A stretch of DNA of 64,000 bases, taken from assembly GCA_964468125.1 (NCBI GenBank), contig CAYXVF010000004.1, positions 26,605 through 90,604 on the forward strand, written 5' to 3'. This DNA comes from an uncultured Bdellovibrionales bacterium (GTDB lineage Bacteria; Myxococcota; XYA12-FULL-58-9; CAYXVF01). Shown here in pieces: positions 44,157-53,763 of this stretch. Under the pieces are notes generated by a model that was not told where the DNA came from, did no database searches, and was given only the letters and a program-made list of their open reading frames with translations. The number at the start of each line of letters is the position of its first letter. The first letter of the stretch is position 1. The position numbers and the translations under genes were made by a program.

Positions 44157-44570
44157 GTGGACATCACGCGAGACATTGAACAGATCAGCCGTCGCGACGC
44201 CCTGAAGATTGTCGGTGGTGTGGCCGTAACCGGCGCGCTGGCGCTTGCCGGTTGCCAACAGGAAGCGGCCAAGGCCCCGGAAGTGAGGGCCCCGAGCGCG
44301 CCTACCGCTCCGGCACCGGAGCCAAAGCCCGAAGAGCCCGCGGCTGCGGACGCCGGCGGGGGGTGCAACGAGGGTATCGACGATGCGTCGAAGACCATGC
44401 GCACGACCCTCAAGTACGTCGAGAAGTCGCCGGAAGAGGGTAAAGTGTGCTCGAACTGCGCGCAGTACAAGGAACCGGAAGGCGACTCCGAGTGCGGTGG
44501 CTGCAACCTGTTCGCCGGTCAGGTGAACCCGAACGGCTACTGCATCAGCTACGCCCCCAAGGCGACCTGA
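44157..44570 (+). CDS. hip: High-potential iron-sulfur protein (HiPIP) with a Tat signal.
   Basis: Twin-arginine SRRDALKIVGG. Four Cys in the HiPIP arrangement CSNCAQY...CGGCNLF...YCISY. Confidence 0.85.
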   Translation: MDITRDIEQISRRDALKIVGGVAVTGALALAGCQQEAAKAPEVRAPSAPTAPAPEPKPEEPAAADAGGGCNEGIDDASKTMRTTLKYVEKSPEEGKVCSNCAQYKEPEGDSECGGCNLFAGQVNPNGYCISYAPKAT

Positions 44571-44594
44571 GCAGTCCGTAAATGACGGAAACAA

Positions 44595-44638
44595 AGAGCG
44601 CGCTCCCCTTTCTGGCTTGGGGAGCGCGCTTTTTTTTC
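44595..44638 (+). terminator. Strong rho-independent terminator after the HiPIP gene.
   Basis: Perfect 13-bp stem AGAGCGCGCTCCCC / GGGGAGCGCGCT followed by an 8-T run. Confidence 0.8.
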
Positions 44639-44684
44639 CCAGCGTCGCCTTTTCATTTCGAACCGATGCCGCTTCACCGACGGC

Positions 44685-44930
44685 GTGAAAGAGGCTGGTT
44701 GGTGCGTGGTTCCGGAGCACTTTGGCAAGGGCTACGCCACCGAAGCAATGACGCGCGCCCATCAGTGGCTCGAAGACGAAATCGGCGCCGAGCGCACCGT
44801 GTGTATCATCGAGCCTGACAACACGCCGTCCATGGCCCTGGCGAATCGGTTGGGCTATCGGCGCTTTGGTGGGTTCGAGATCAAAGGGACCGCAGTCGGC
44901 CTTTTCGACCGTCATATCCCCAGCAACTGA
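44685..44930 (+). pseudogene. Truncated GNAT N-acetyltransferase: C-terminal fragment only, from motif A onward.
   Basis: Retains HFGKGYATEAM (the Q/R-x-x-G-x-G/A region) and the C-terminal LGYRRFGG. An in-frame stop lies immediately upstream and the N-terminal two thirds are absent. Begins right after the HiPIP terminator. Confidence 0.5.
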
Positions 44931-45661
44931 ATTCCGAGGCCACTCAGGGCGATCGCAAGTCCCGCCGCGGTGTGCACGTGACGCTCGAGGACGTCGAAGA
45001 TCTTTGCGCGCAGCCCGTAGAAGCCGAAGGTCACGACCGTCAGCATGGTCGCCACCGTAGCGATACCGAACACCGCCACCACCGCGAGCACGAGCCAGGG
45101 GTCGCTCTGCGATGCGGGAACCATCAGGAGCGGGATCAACGCTTCGCACGGGCCCAGCACAAAAATGACAAAGAGGGCGCCGACCGTTGGTGCCGCCTTC
45201 ACGAACCCACCGGTGACATAGTCCCCGTGGTGGTGGTGGCGATGGCCGGACTCGGTGGGCTCGGCGTGATCGTGCGCATGACTGTGGACCGTGCCGTCTT
45301 CGTGCAGGTGCGCCGGAGAGCGTTTGCGCCACCCGCGATAGAATCCCCAGACGGTGTAGGCGAGACCAAAACCAATGAGCGTCCAGGCCGCGAGCGAGCC
45401 TCGTTGACTCTCGATCCACTCGAGCTGGCTCACGGCCACGCCCAAACCGATGCCGAACGCGCCGATCAACACGGACGAGAGCACGTGCCCCACGCCGCAG
45501 AGAGAGGTGATGAGCCAGGTCTTGCGTAGGGACCAGCCTTGGGCGCGACTGAGGACGATGAAAGGAATGGCGTGGTCCACGCCGATCAGCGTGTGGAGCA
45601 CCCCGACGGTCGCCGCGGTGGCGAGCAGGGTTTGTTCGATGCCGTCATCCATGGGCTTCAC
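44912..45661 (-). CDS. Nickel/cobalt transporter-like membrane protein (RcnA/HupE-like) with a His-rich loop.
   Basis: Six TM helices. Central loop HLHEDGTVHSHAHDHAEPTESGHRHHHHGDY. Last gene of the hyp operon, overlapping hypB. Confidence 0.55.
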   Translation of the reverse strand: MKPMDDGIEQTLLATAATVGVLHTLIGVDHAIPFIVLSRAQGWSLRKTWLITSLCGVGHVLSSVLIGAFGIGLGVAVSQLEWIESQRGSLAAWTLIGFGLAYTVWGFYRGWRKRSPAHLHEDGTVHSHAHDHAEPTESGHRHHHHGDYVTGGFVKAAPTVGALFVIFVLGPCEALIPLLMVPASQSDPWLVLAVVAVFGIATVATMLTVVTFGFYGLRAKIFDVLERHVHTAAGLAIALSGLGIQLLGI

Positions 45662-46568
45662 CGGAAACGCGGCGAACGGGATGCCGTGATTCGAGCCAAT
45701 CGTACCACGCGCTCAAGCCTTCGCCGGAGGTAGAGGAGACTTCCAGCAGACCCGCGTTGGGCGCGACCTTGCGAACGTTTTCGCGACAGAGCGCGAGGTC
45801 AAAGCTCAGGTGAGGAAGCAGGTCGATCTTCGTGATCAACACGAGGTCCGCGGTGCGGAACATGTGCGGATACTTGAGCGGTTTGTCTTCTCCTTCGGTG
45901 ATCGAGAAGAGCACAACCCGCGCGTGCTCGCCGAGATCGAAGAGCGCCGGGCACACCAGATTGCCGACGTTCTCGATGAACAAGATGGAACCGGCGCTCG
46001 GCTTCACATGCTCGATCCCCCGAGCCACCATGTCCGCCTCCAAGTGGCAGCCGGTTCCGGTGTTGATCTGAATGACCTTGGCGCCGGTCGCTTTGATGCG
46101 CTCCGCGTCGGCGGCAGTTTCCTGGTCACCCTCGATCACCTGAAGCGGGTAGCGTTCCTTGAGGTCTTCCAGAGTCCGAACGAGCAAGGTGGTTTTGCCG
46201 GACCCCGGCGAGCTCATCACGTTGAGCGCCAGGGTCTCACGCCCCGCGAAAAACCCGCGGTTTTGGGCGGCGATTGTGTCGTTCTTGGCCAATACCGCCT
46301 GCTCGAGGTGGATCATCTCGTGGCTCGGCGCCGGCGCGCGCAGGCTACCGTCGTCCCTGGCGGCATGGTCGTGACCATGGTGATGGTGGTCGTGGCCGTG
46401 GTGATGGTGACCATCGCCTTGGTCGGGGCTGTGGTCGTGAGAGTGATGACCGCGGTCGTGCGAATGACGCACGACCGTTCCATCCGGCATCACGTGCTCA
46501 TGCTCGCCGGTAACCGGGTCGATCATCGTGGTCTTCGCTCCGTCAGAACAGCCGCAAGTCGTACACAT
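45645..46568 (-). CDS. hypB: Hydrogenase nickel-incorporation GTPase HypB.
   Basis: N-terminal MCTTCGCS metal site, His-rich stretch, and the GTPase motifs GSPGSGKTTLL and VENVGNLVCP. Confidence 0.9.
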   Translation of the reverse strand: MCTTCGCSDGAKTTMIDPVTGEHEHVMPDGTVVRHSHDRGHHSHDHSPDQGDGHHHHGHDHHHHGHDHAARDDGSLRAPAPSHEMIHLEQAVLAKNDTIAAQNRGFFAGRETLALNVMSSPGSGKTTLLVRTLEDLKERYPLQVIEGDQETAADAERIKATGAKVIQINTGTGCHLEADMVARGIEHVKPSAGSILFIENVGNLVCPALFDLGEHARVVLFSITEGEDKPLKYPHMFRTADLVLITKIDLLPHLSFDLALCRENVRKVAPNAGLLEVSSTSGEGLSAWYDWLESRHPVRRVSGEAHG

Positions 46569-46569
46569 G

Positions 46570-46905
46570 TCATACCTCCAACGATTTCACCGCGAGCTCC
46601 TGACCCGCGGTGATCGCGACCGCATAGGAGCCGCAGTCTTCGCACACGCCGAAGGGCGCATCGAGCTTCATTTCGGCGCCGCAATCCATGCAGCGCCCCT
46701 TGCCGGGAGGTTGGTGAATCTCGAGGGTCGCGCCCTCCACCACCGTCCCTTTCGCACAGACGTCAAAACAGAAACGCACGGACTCAGCCATCACGTCGGA
46801 CAAAGCCCCGATCTCGAGCACCACGCGCTTCACAGGCCGATTTCCGGCATTTTCCGCGCAAATCGCGACGATACTCTTGGTGATCCCGAGCTCGTGCATC
46901 AACAA
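46570..46905 (-). CDS. hypA: Hydrogenase nickel metallochaperone HypA.
   Basis: MHELGIT N-terminus and zinc finger CMDCGAE...CEDCGS. 111 aa. Confidence 0.85.
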   Translation of the reverse strand: MLMHELGITKSIVAICAENAGNRPVKRVVLEIGALSDVMAESVRFCFDVCAKGTVVEGATLEIHQPPGKGRCMDCGAEMKLDAPFGVCEDCGSYAVAITAGQELAVKSLEV

Positions 46906-47924
46906 ATCCTAGGCAGTTGCTCGCCGACGAGGGTATCGACCACGCGGTCGCCGCCAAAACCCGTTTTCATGATCACTCGCCCGGCACGGCCCTCCACGGC
47001 GCGGGCGACAACGCAGGCATCCTCGCCCGCCGGGTGCGACCGCATCGCAGAGAGTACGGCGTCGACGCGGTCCGCGGGCACGACCGCCGCCACCTTGCCC
47101 TCGTTTGCCAGATAGAGTGGATCCAAGCCTAAGAGCTCGCAGGTTCCCCGAACCTCGTCGCGCACGGGGATCGCCCGTTCGTCGAGTTCGATTTGCACAC
47201 CCGAGGCGCTCGAAATCTCGTTTAACACGGTCGCGAGTCCGCCGCGCGTCACATCCCGCATGGCGCGAACGTCCGGACACACCTCGAAGACCGCTTCGAT
47301 CAAGCCGTTCAGGGGCTGACAGTCACTTTCAACGCTGCTTTCGAGCTGGAGCTCGCCCCGCGCCACGAGGATCGCCGCGCCGTGGTCGCCGAGGTAGCCG
47401 TTTAGGACGACCGCGTCCCCGGGTCGGACCTTGTGCGCGGCAGGATCACGTCCCTCGGGAATGACCCCGATCCCCGCGGTGTTGATGAAGATCTGATCGC
47501 CGCTGCCGTGCTCGACCACCTTCGTATCGCCGGTGACGACGTACACTCCGGCGTCCCGCGCCGCCTGCGCCATGCTCGAAATCACGCGCTCGAGCACTTC
47601 GAGCTCGAGGCCCTCTTCGAGGATCAACCCGCAGGTCAGGTAGAGCGGCGTCGCACCGGAAACGGCGAGGTCATTGACCGTTCCGTTGACCGCAAGCGCC
47701 CCGATATCCGAGCCCGGAAAGAACAAGGGCGACACCACGAAGGAGTCGGTCGTCAACGCGAGGCGATCGCCTCGGGCCGTCAGCTCATCCAAACGCAGAC
47801 GCGCTTGGTCCTCGAGCGTGCGCAGCATCGGATTGTCGAAATGCTCGACCATGATTTTGGCGATGAGGTCGCGCATCGCGCGCCCGCCGCCACCGTGGGC
47901 TTGGGTGATCACCTTGGGGCGCAT
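46899..47924 (-). CDS. hypE: Hydrogenase maturation protein HypE.
   Basis: ITQAHGGGG N-terminal motif and AIR-synthase-like fold. Start at MRPKV overlaps the hypD stop; the track ORF begins at an upstream M. Confidence 0.85.
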   Translation of the reverse strand: MRPKVITQAHGGGGRAMRDLIAKIMVEHFDNPMLRTLEDQARLRLDELTARGDRLALTTDSFVVSPLFFPGSDIGALAVNGTVNDLAVSGATPLYLTCGLILEEGLELEVLERVISSMAQAARDAGVYVVTGDTKVVEHGSGDQIFINTAGIGVIPEGRDPAAHKVRPGDAVVLNGYLGDHGAAILVARGELQLESSVESDCQPLNGLIEAVFEVCPDVRAMRDVTRGGLATVLNEISSASGVQIELDERAIPVRDEVRGTCELLGLDPLYLANEGKVAAVVPADRVDAVLSAMRSHPAGEDACVVARAVEGRAGRVIMKTGFGGDRVVDTLVGEQLPRIC

Positions 47925-49045
47925 CAACTCGCCTCCGCGGCGGTCTGACGACCGTAGTTGTAATAGGCTGCACAGGCCCCTTCGCTCGAGACCATGCAGG
48001 AGCCGATCGGTGTCTCCGGCGTACAGAGCGTCCCGAACACCTTGCACTGATGGGGCTTGATGACTCCCTTGAGCACTTCGCCGCACTGACACGCCTTCGG
48101 GTCCGCGATGCGCAGGCTCGGCGTGGTGAACTTCAGCTCCGCGTCGAAATGCGCGTAGGCCTTGCGCAGCTTCAGGCCAGAATGATCGATAGAGCCCAGG
48201 CCTCGCCACTCGAAGAATTCGCGGAGCTCGAACACCTCATGAATTGCGTTCAGCGCCTGTGCATTGCCGTCGTCCCGCACCACCCGATTGTACTGGTTTT
48301 CGATTTCGCAGCGCCCCTCGAGGAGCTGGTCCAGAAGCATCGCGATCGACTGGAGAACATCCAGTGGCTCGAAGCCGGCGATCACGAGCGGTTTTCGGTA
48401 GTGCTCGGAGATGAATTGATAGGGGCGCCCTCCGATCACCATGCTGACGTGTCCGGGGCCAATGAATCCGTCGAGATTCAGCTCCGGCGAGTCGAGGATC
48501 GCTTTGATGGTTGGAATGATCGTGATGTGGTTTGAGAAGACCGAGAAGTTGCGAATCCCCTTCTTTACCGCCTGCAGAATCGTGAGCGCGCTCGAAGGAA
48601 TCGTGGTCTCAAAGCCGAGGCCAAAAAACACCACTTCCCGATCCGGATTCTTCTCCGCGATCGCCAGCGCGTCCAGCGGCGAGTAGACCGTGCGCACGTC
48701 GGCGCCGGAGGCCTTTGCTTGCTGAAGGCTCATCTTCGATCCTGGAACGCGCAGGGCGTCCCCGTAGGTGGCGAAGATCACCCCGGGGGTCGTCGCGATC
48801 GCGACCGCATCGTCGACTCGCCCGACGGGCAGCACGCACACCGGGCATCCCGGTCCATGAACGAGCTCGATCGCGTAGGGGAGCATGTTCTCGAGGCCAT
48901 AGCGGAAGATCGAATGGGTGTGGCCGCCGCAGACCTCCATGATCTTCAAGGTATCTTTCGGAGCGAGGGCCCGCACCTGCTCCCCGATTCGGCCGATCAG
49001 GCGTCGGGCGGCCTCCGGGTCGCGAAATTCGTCGATGTACTTCAT
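47924..49045 (-). CDS. hypD: Hydrogenase maturation protein HypD.
   Basis: MKYIDEFRD N-terminus. Motifs CGGHTHSI, GPGCPVCV and the C-terminal CPVC. Confidence 0.9.
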   Translation of the reverse strand: MKYIDEFRDPEAARRLIGRIGEQVRALAPKDTLKIMEVCGGHTHSIFRYGLENMLPYAIELVHGPGCPVCVLPVGRVDDAVAIATTPGVIFATYGDALRVPGSKMSLQQAKASGADVRTVYSPLDALAIAEKNPDREVVFFGLGFETTIPSSALTILQAVKKGIRNFSVFSNHITIIPTIKAILDSPELNLDGFIGPGHVSMVIGGRPYQFISEHYRKPLVIAGFEPLDVLQSIAMLLDQLLEGRCEIENQYNRVVRDDGNAQALNAIHEVFELREFFEWRGLGSIDHSGLKLRKAYAHFDAELKFTTPSLRIADPKACQCGEVLKGVIKPHQCKVFGTLCTPETPIGSCMVSSEGACAAYYNYGRQTAAEAS

Positions 49046-49728
49046 GGCGACACCTCCTCTGCCCCGGCCGAGCCGCGGCTGTCGGCGAGCAGCGTATGAA
49101 CCAGATCCCAGAGCACGTGGTACGCGGCGACATGTGATTCCTGAATGCGATGTACACTCGTCGTTGGAACCACCAAGCACACGTCAACTAAACCGCTGCG
49201 GGCCATCTGTCCGCCGTCGCCTCCGGTGAGTCCAACGGTCGAAAGCCCCATCTTTTTGGCCTGCTGGTAGGCGGCCATGAGATTTCCCGAGTTGCCACTC
49301 GTAGACACACCGATCAGCACGTCCTTCTCGGAAGCCAAGGCGATCAGCTGACGCACGAAGATGTGGTCAAATCCCACGTCGTTGCCGACGGCGGTCAGCA
49401 TCGCGAGATCCGCTCCGAGGTGGGTCGCCGGGAGCGCCGCGCGTCCGACGGTGATCGGGTGCAAGAACTCGACGGCGATGTGCGCCGCATCGCAGCTCGA
49501 CCCGCCGTTCCCCATCGAAAACAAGCGCCCGCCACGGGCGTAGGCGTCCGCGACCAAGCGAGCAGCAGCGACGAGACCGCTCGCGTTATCCGCGAAGAAG
49601 CGATTCTTCACCTCGACGCTCTCACCCGCCTTCTGATGCACAGAGGTGAGCAGTGCATCATCGAGCGCCGCTGAATCGGACTTCTTGCCGCTCAGGAAGG
49701 GGTAGAGGCTATCGAGGGGATCACTCAT
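49042..49728 (-). CDS. SIS-domain protein (GmhA-like phosphoheptose isomerase fold) embedded in the hyp operon.
   Basis: SIS motifs FSMGNGGSSCDAAHIAVEF and LIGVSTSGNSGN. Confidence 0.65.
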   Translation of the reverse strand: MSDPLDSLYPFLSGKKSDSAALDDALLTSVHQKAGESVEVKNRFFADNASGLVAAARLVADAYARGGRLFSMGNGGSSCDAAHIAVEFLHPITVGRAALPATHLGADLAMLTAVGNDVGFDHIFVRQLIALASEKDVLIGVSTSGNSGNLMAAYQQAKKMGLSTVGLTGGDGGQMARSGLVDVCLVVPTTSVHRIQESHVAAYHVLWDLVHTLLADSRGSAGAEEVSP

Positions 49729-50027
49729 GCGGATTTGTCTCTCCCGACGGACGCATCCCCTTCACGCATGGCATTGAGCTCCGCCTGTGCTTCGCCCATC
49801 TGTCGCAGGACTTTCAGTGTTTCCTGCGCTTCCTCTTCGTCGATGAGACTCATCGCAAAGCCAACGTGTACGAGTACCCAAGAGCCCACGAGGCCCGCGA
49901 GCGTGCCGTCCTCTGGCGTCACGAAGGAAAGGTTTACCTCGCGCCGAACACCGCCGACGCTGACGATCCCCGTGCCTTCCTCGTCACTGGCGACTTCGAT
50001 GATCTGTCCGGGAATTCCTAGGCACAT
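49725..50027 (-). CDS. hypC: Hydrogenase assembly chaperone HypC.
   Basis: MCLGIPGQIIEV N-terminus (essential Cys2). 100 aa. Confidence 0.85.
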   Translation of the reverse strand: MCLGIPGQIIEVASDEEGTGIVSVGGVRREVNLSFVTPEDGTLAGLVGSWVLVHVGFAMSLIDEEEAQETLKVLRQMGEAQAELNAMREGDASVGRDKSA

Positions 50028-52457
50028 CTACATACTCCTCTCGCGCCTCTTGCGCGCGATGGCCGCTTGGCCCACGGCAAGCCCCCCGTCGCCAGGAGGC
50101 ACACGCCGATGGGTGAGAACCTCGAGGCCACACGCCTCGAGCCTTCGAGAGAGCTCCGTTGTGAGGAGGGCATTGGCGAAGCATCCGCCACTGAGTGCGA
50201 CAGTAGCCAGGCCAGTTGCGCGCGCAGCTCGTTCCGCGAGTCCCGCGAACCCTTCCGCCAGCCCCAGGTGGAACCGGCGAGCGATGTCCGCGACCGGAAC
50301 GCCCTCCCCCACATCCTTTAAGAGCGCTCGCCACATCGGCGTTGGATCCAAGATTACCGGACTCTCATATGCAATGGCGATTGGGTAAGCGCTCGTATCC
50401 CGGGACTGTTGCGCGAGTCCCTCCAAGGCCATCGCAGCCTGCGCCTCGTGGTCGATCCGCTCGCGATGGAGGTCGAGTGTTGCGGCCACCGCGTCAAAAA
50501 GCCGTCCCGCACTGGAAGAGCGGGGCGTGTCGGCGGCGGCGAGCATGGAGTCGAGAGTCACCCTTGGTCGTTCCAATAGATCGGCAACGGGCGGGAGCTC
50601 ACGGTAGGCTTCGAGGAGCTCCCAGCCAAGGCCTTCAACCAGTTGGGCGTATGCGTTTCGCCAAGGTTCACGCGCCGCGCGGTCTCCGCCGAGCAAGGCC
50701 CGGGGTGCGAGGGACGCGACGCGCGAATAGGACTCGAGATCGGCGACTAGAAGCTCCCCACCCCACGCCGTACCATCCTCCCCCCAGCCGACCCCGTCGA
50801 GAACGATTCCGACGACTTCCTCCTCACGGCCATGGTCAGCCAAACACGCCGCAACGTGTGCGTGATGATGCTGTACGTCGACCGCGGGCACCTCGAGGCG
50901 GCTTGCGAGCTCTAGTCCGAGGCGACGTGAGACGTAGCCAGGATGTGCATCCACGGCGACGAAGTCCGGCCGGACGTCGAAGAGTCGAAGATAGAGGTCG
51001 ACGGTGCGCTCCCACTCGTCGCGCGTGGACGGCTCGTCGAGATCGCCGAGATGCTGGGAGAGAACGAGGTCATTGCGACGTGCGAGCGCGAGGGCCGCCT
51101 TGAGATCCCCTCCCATCGCGATCCCCGTATGGTTTCGATGTCGCGCAGGAACGCTCTGGGGCGCGTATCCTCGGGCGTGCCGCAGCACCGTCGCACCCTT
51201 GCCAGTGACTCGCACCACCGAATCGTCGACGCGCTGGGCGATCTCCCGATCATGGTGGAGAAAATAGTCCGCGACCTCTCGAAGCCGCACTCTAGCATCG
51301 TCGACGGTGATGCATTGAGGCTCGGCACTCCGGTTCCCGCTGGTCATCACGACCGGTACGTCCATGCGTTTCATCATCAGGGCGTGAAGCGGCGTATAGG
51401 GGAGCATGAAGCCCAACAGGTCGGTTCCTGGTGCGATCCCATCAGCGAGAGCAAGAGGCGACCTTTCTCCTGGATTCTCCCCGGGTGCATTCGACCCGAA
51501 GGGTGCAAATGCCTTCCGGTGCTCGCGAGCCCGCAGCAAGACGATCGGCGCCGACGGAGAGGTGAGCTCTCGCCACTCGATGTCAGTGACGTCCGCGTAT
51601 CGTTCGAGCACCTCACGATCACGGGCCATCAGAGCGAGAGGTTTGCTTTCTCGGAGCTTACGCTCCCGCAAGCGAGCGACCGCTGCTTCGTTCGTGGCGT
51701 CGCAGGCGAGGTGGTAGCCGCCCAGTCCACGAATCGCGACGATCTCGCCGTGTTTGAGCAGCGTGGTTACCGCATCGAGATCGTCGAGACCGGACGTGTC
51801 GAGCGAGCGACCATCGGAACGTTCGAGCCACACTCGAGGACCACAGGTGTGGCAGGCGATCGGCTGGGCGTGGTAACGCCGGTCCGCTTCGTTGTCGTAT
51901 TCGGCTTCGCACGCCGGGCACATCTCAAACGCGCGCATGGTCGTTTGGGGGCGGTCGTAGGGAATCCCTTCGATGATCGAAAAACGTGGACCGCAATGGG
52001 TGCAATTGGTGAAAGGGTAGCGATAACGCCGCGCAGCGGGGCTGTAGGTTTCTTCACGACAGGCTGAGCACATCGCGGCGTCGGGGATCACGCCAGTCTG
52101 GGTCGCCCCTCGGCCGCTCTGAACGATCTCGAACCCCTCGAGCCCACGGGCATCCACTGGCTGCACATCGATTTCGTCGACCCGAGCGAGAGGCGGGAGT
52201 CGATTCATGAGCTCGGCGACGAAGCCATCGGCGCCCGGACCCTCGATGTGGAACAACACGCCGTCGCCATCGTTGCGAACCTGTCCGCGCAGTCCGAGCG
52301 CGCGGGCGAGCCGTGCCACCGTCGGCCGAAAGCCGACGCCTTGGACCAAGCCCCGTACTCGCACGCTGAAGGCCTGGGGCGTCGACGAACCGTGCGGAAG
52401 CACACTCACGCATGGAGCTTGCCAGGGGCGTGCCCGGGTGGAGTTGATCCAAGTCAA
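50028..52457 (-). CDS. hypF: Carbamoyltransferase HypF.
   Basis: Acylphosphatase domain VRGLVQGVGFRP, two Zn-finger CxxC pairs, YrdC and Kae1-like domains. 809 aa. Confidence 0.9.
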   Translation of the reverse strand: MTWINSTRARPWQAPCVSVLPHGSSTPQAFSVRVRGLVQGVGFRPTVARLARALGLRGQVRNDGDGVLFHIEGPGADGFVAELMNRLPPLARVDEIDVQPVDARGLEGFEIVQSGRGATQTGVIPDAAMCSACREETYSPAARRYRYPFTNCTHCGPRFSIIEGIPYDRPQTTMRAFEMCPACEAEYDNEADRRYHAQPIACHTCGPRVWLERSDGRSLDTSGLDDLDAVTTLLKHGEIVAIRGLGGYHLACDATNEAAVARLRERKLRESKPLALMARDREVLERYADVTDIEWRELTSPSAPIVLLRAREHRKAFAPFGSNAPGENPGERSPLALADGIAPGTDLLGFMLPYTPLHALMMKRMDVPVVMTSGNRSAEPQCITVDDARVRLREVADYFLHHDREIAQRVDDSVVRVTGKGATVLRHARGYAPQSVPARHRNHTGIAMGGDLKAALALARRNDLVLSQHLGDLDEPSTRDEWERTVDLYLRLFDVRPDFVAVDAHPGYVSRRLGLELASRLEVPAVDVQHHHAHVAACLADHGREEEVVGIVLDGVGWGEDGTAWGGELLVADLESYSRVASLAPRALLGGDRAAREPWRNAYAQLVEGLGWELLEAYRELPPVADLLERPRVTLDSMLAAADTPRSSSAGRLFDAVAATLDLHRERIDHEAQAAMALEGLAQQSRDTSAYPIAIAYESPVILDPTPMWRALLKDVGEGVPVADIARRFHLGLAEGFAGLAERAARATGLATVALSGGCFANALLTTELSRRLEACGLEVLTHRRVPPGDGGLAVGQAAIARKRRERSM

Positions 52458-52587
52458 ATCAACGGGCTACGGAGATCAGGCGAAATTTCGAGGATTATCT
52501 TCGGAAATAACGAAAAGAGGCGGAACCCCTCGAGCTCAACGGGGCCACGCCTCGAATCGCTCAGCTCTGCATCGAACCTAGAGGATG

Positions 52588-53763
52588 TCAGCCCTCTTCG
52601 GCCCGCTCAGGGGCAGCCTCTTTGGGAGCACCGCCCTCTTCACCTTCGCCCGCTCCCTCCATCGGCTCGCCTTCTTCGGCCTCCTCCTTCGGCGGCGGGA
52701 CATATTCTTCATACTTCGCGAGCATCGGGTACTCGTCGATCATGGGCTTGCCCAAGACCGGCTTGTAGGCCCCCTGGTGACAGGTCTCGCAGTTGATCTT
52801 CGGCACGTCGCCCAGCTCACCCAGACGGTACTCTGGATAGTACTGCTCGAGCGCATAGTCGCCCTGACCGACCAGGTACTCCTGGTTCAGGTTGCGAACC
52901 ATGCGAATGCCGTACCACGCCTTCGTGCGGGTGATGGGACTCTGTCCCCACTCCGCCATCGCCCGGCTGTTGTGACAGTAGGTGCAGTTGACACCCAGCG
53001 CATTCGACATGTGCATCATCAGACCATAAGTGGCCTCGGTCTGTTTGATGGTCCGCGTGTTGGTCGTCGGCAGAGCGGTCGGACCCACCACGCGAATGTT
53101 CATGTCGTTGTAGAGATAGTCGGAGAACGAGGTGCTCGGAAGCGAGGTCAAGCCCTGCTCCGGGTGCGCCTTGTTGACAGACGAGAAGCCGCCGACCATC
53201 CGCGTCATGTTCGGGTCTGGTGTTTCCTCAAACCAGATGTACTCCGGAACGTTCTTGCCGCGGTGGCAGGTCCAGCAGTTGACCCCGGTCTCACCGACAT
53301 GGGTCTTCCAGTTCTCATTGATGTGCTGGGTCATTTGGATCATGCGCCGCGAGACGTGCTTGGTGTAGTACTCGTCCGAGGACATCTTCTCGGGGTTGTG
53401 ACAATAGTTGCAGCCCTGCGGATACCCCTCGGGATGCTGATTGTCGCCACCCACTGGCGCCACCCAATTGGTCAGGTTGTTCATCAGTCCCGTGAATGAC
53501 CCGGTGCTGAGCGCTCCCAAAACCTTGACGTTCTCGTAGGCTTCGCCCGCTTTCGCGCCCGCGTCTCCCCAAGGGATCCGCATCGGATAGTTGGCGTTCT
53601 TTTCTTCGAGCTCATCGAGCGCAGACTGGCTGGTGACGTGCTCCATACCGACGCCGTCCGGGCCACGTTGCACGGAGCGTGCGTCCATGGCGACGCCGAA
53701 GGACCAGATCCCCAGACCCAGCGCGCCGAGGCCCGCGAGGACTTGAAACGATAAGAATCTCAT
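52588..53763 (-). CDS. pufC: Photosynthetic reaction-centre tetrahaem cytochrome c subunit.
   Basis: Four CXXCH sites: CNYCHN, CWTCHR, CTYCHN, CETCHQ. Start overlaps the pufM stop (ATGA), as is typical. Confidence 0.85.
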   Translation of the reverse strand: MRFLSFQVLAGLGALGLGIWSFGVAMDARSVQRGPDGVGMEHVTSQSALDELEEKNANYPMRIPWGDAGAKAGEAYENVKVLGALSTGSFTGLMNNLTNWVAPVGGDNQHPEGYPQGCNYCHNPEKMSSDEYYTKHVSRRMIQMTQHINENWKTHVGETGVNCWTCHRGKNVPEYIWFEETPDPNMTRMVGGFSSVNKAHPEQGLTSLPSTSFSDYLYNDMNIRVVGPTALPTTNTRTIKQTEATYGLMMHMSNALGVNCTYCHNSRAMAEWGQSPITRTKAWYGIRMVRNLNQEYLVGQGDYALEQYYPEYRLGELGDVPKINCETCHQGAYKPVLGKPMIDEYPMLAKYEEYVPPPKEEAEEGEPMEGAGEGEEGGAPKEAAPERAEEG

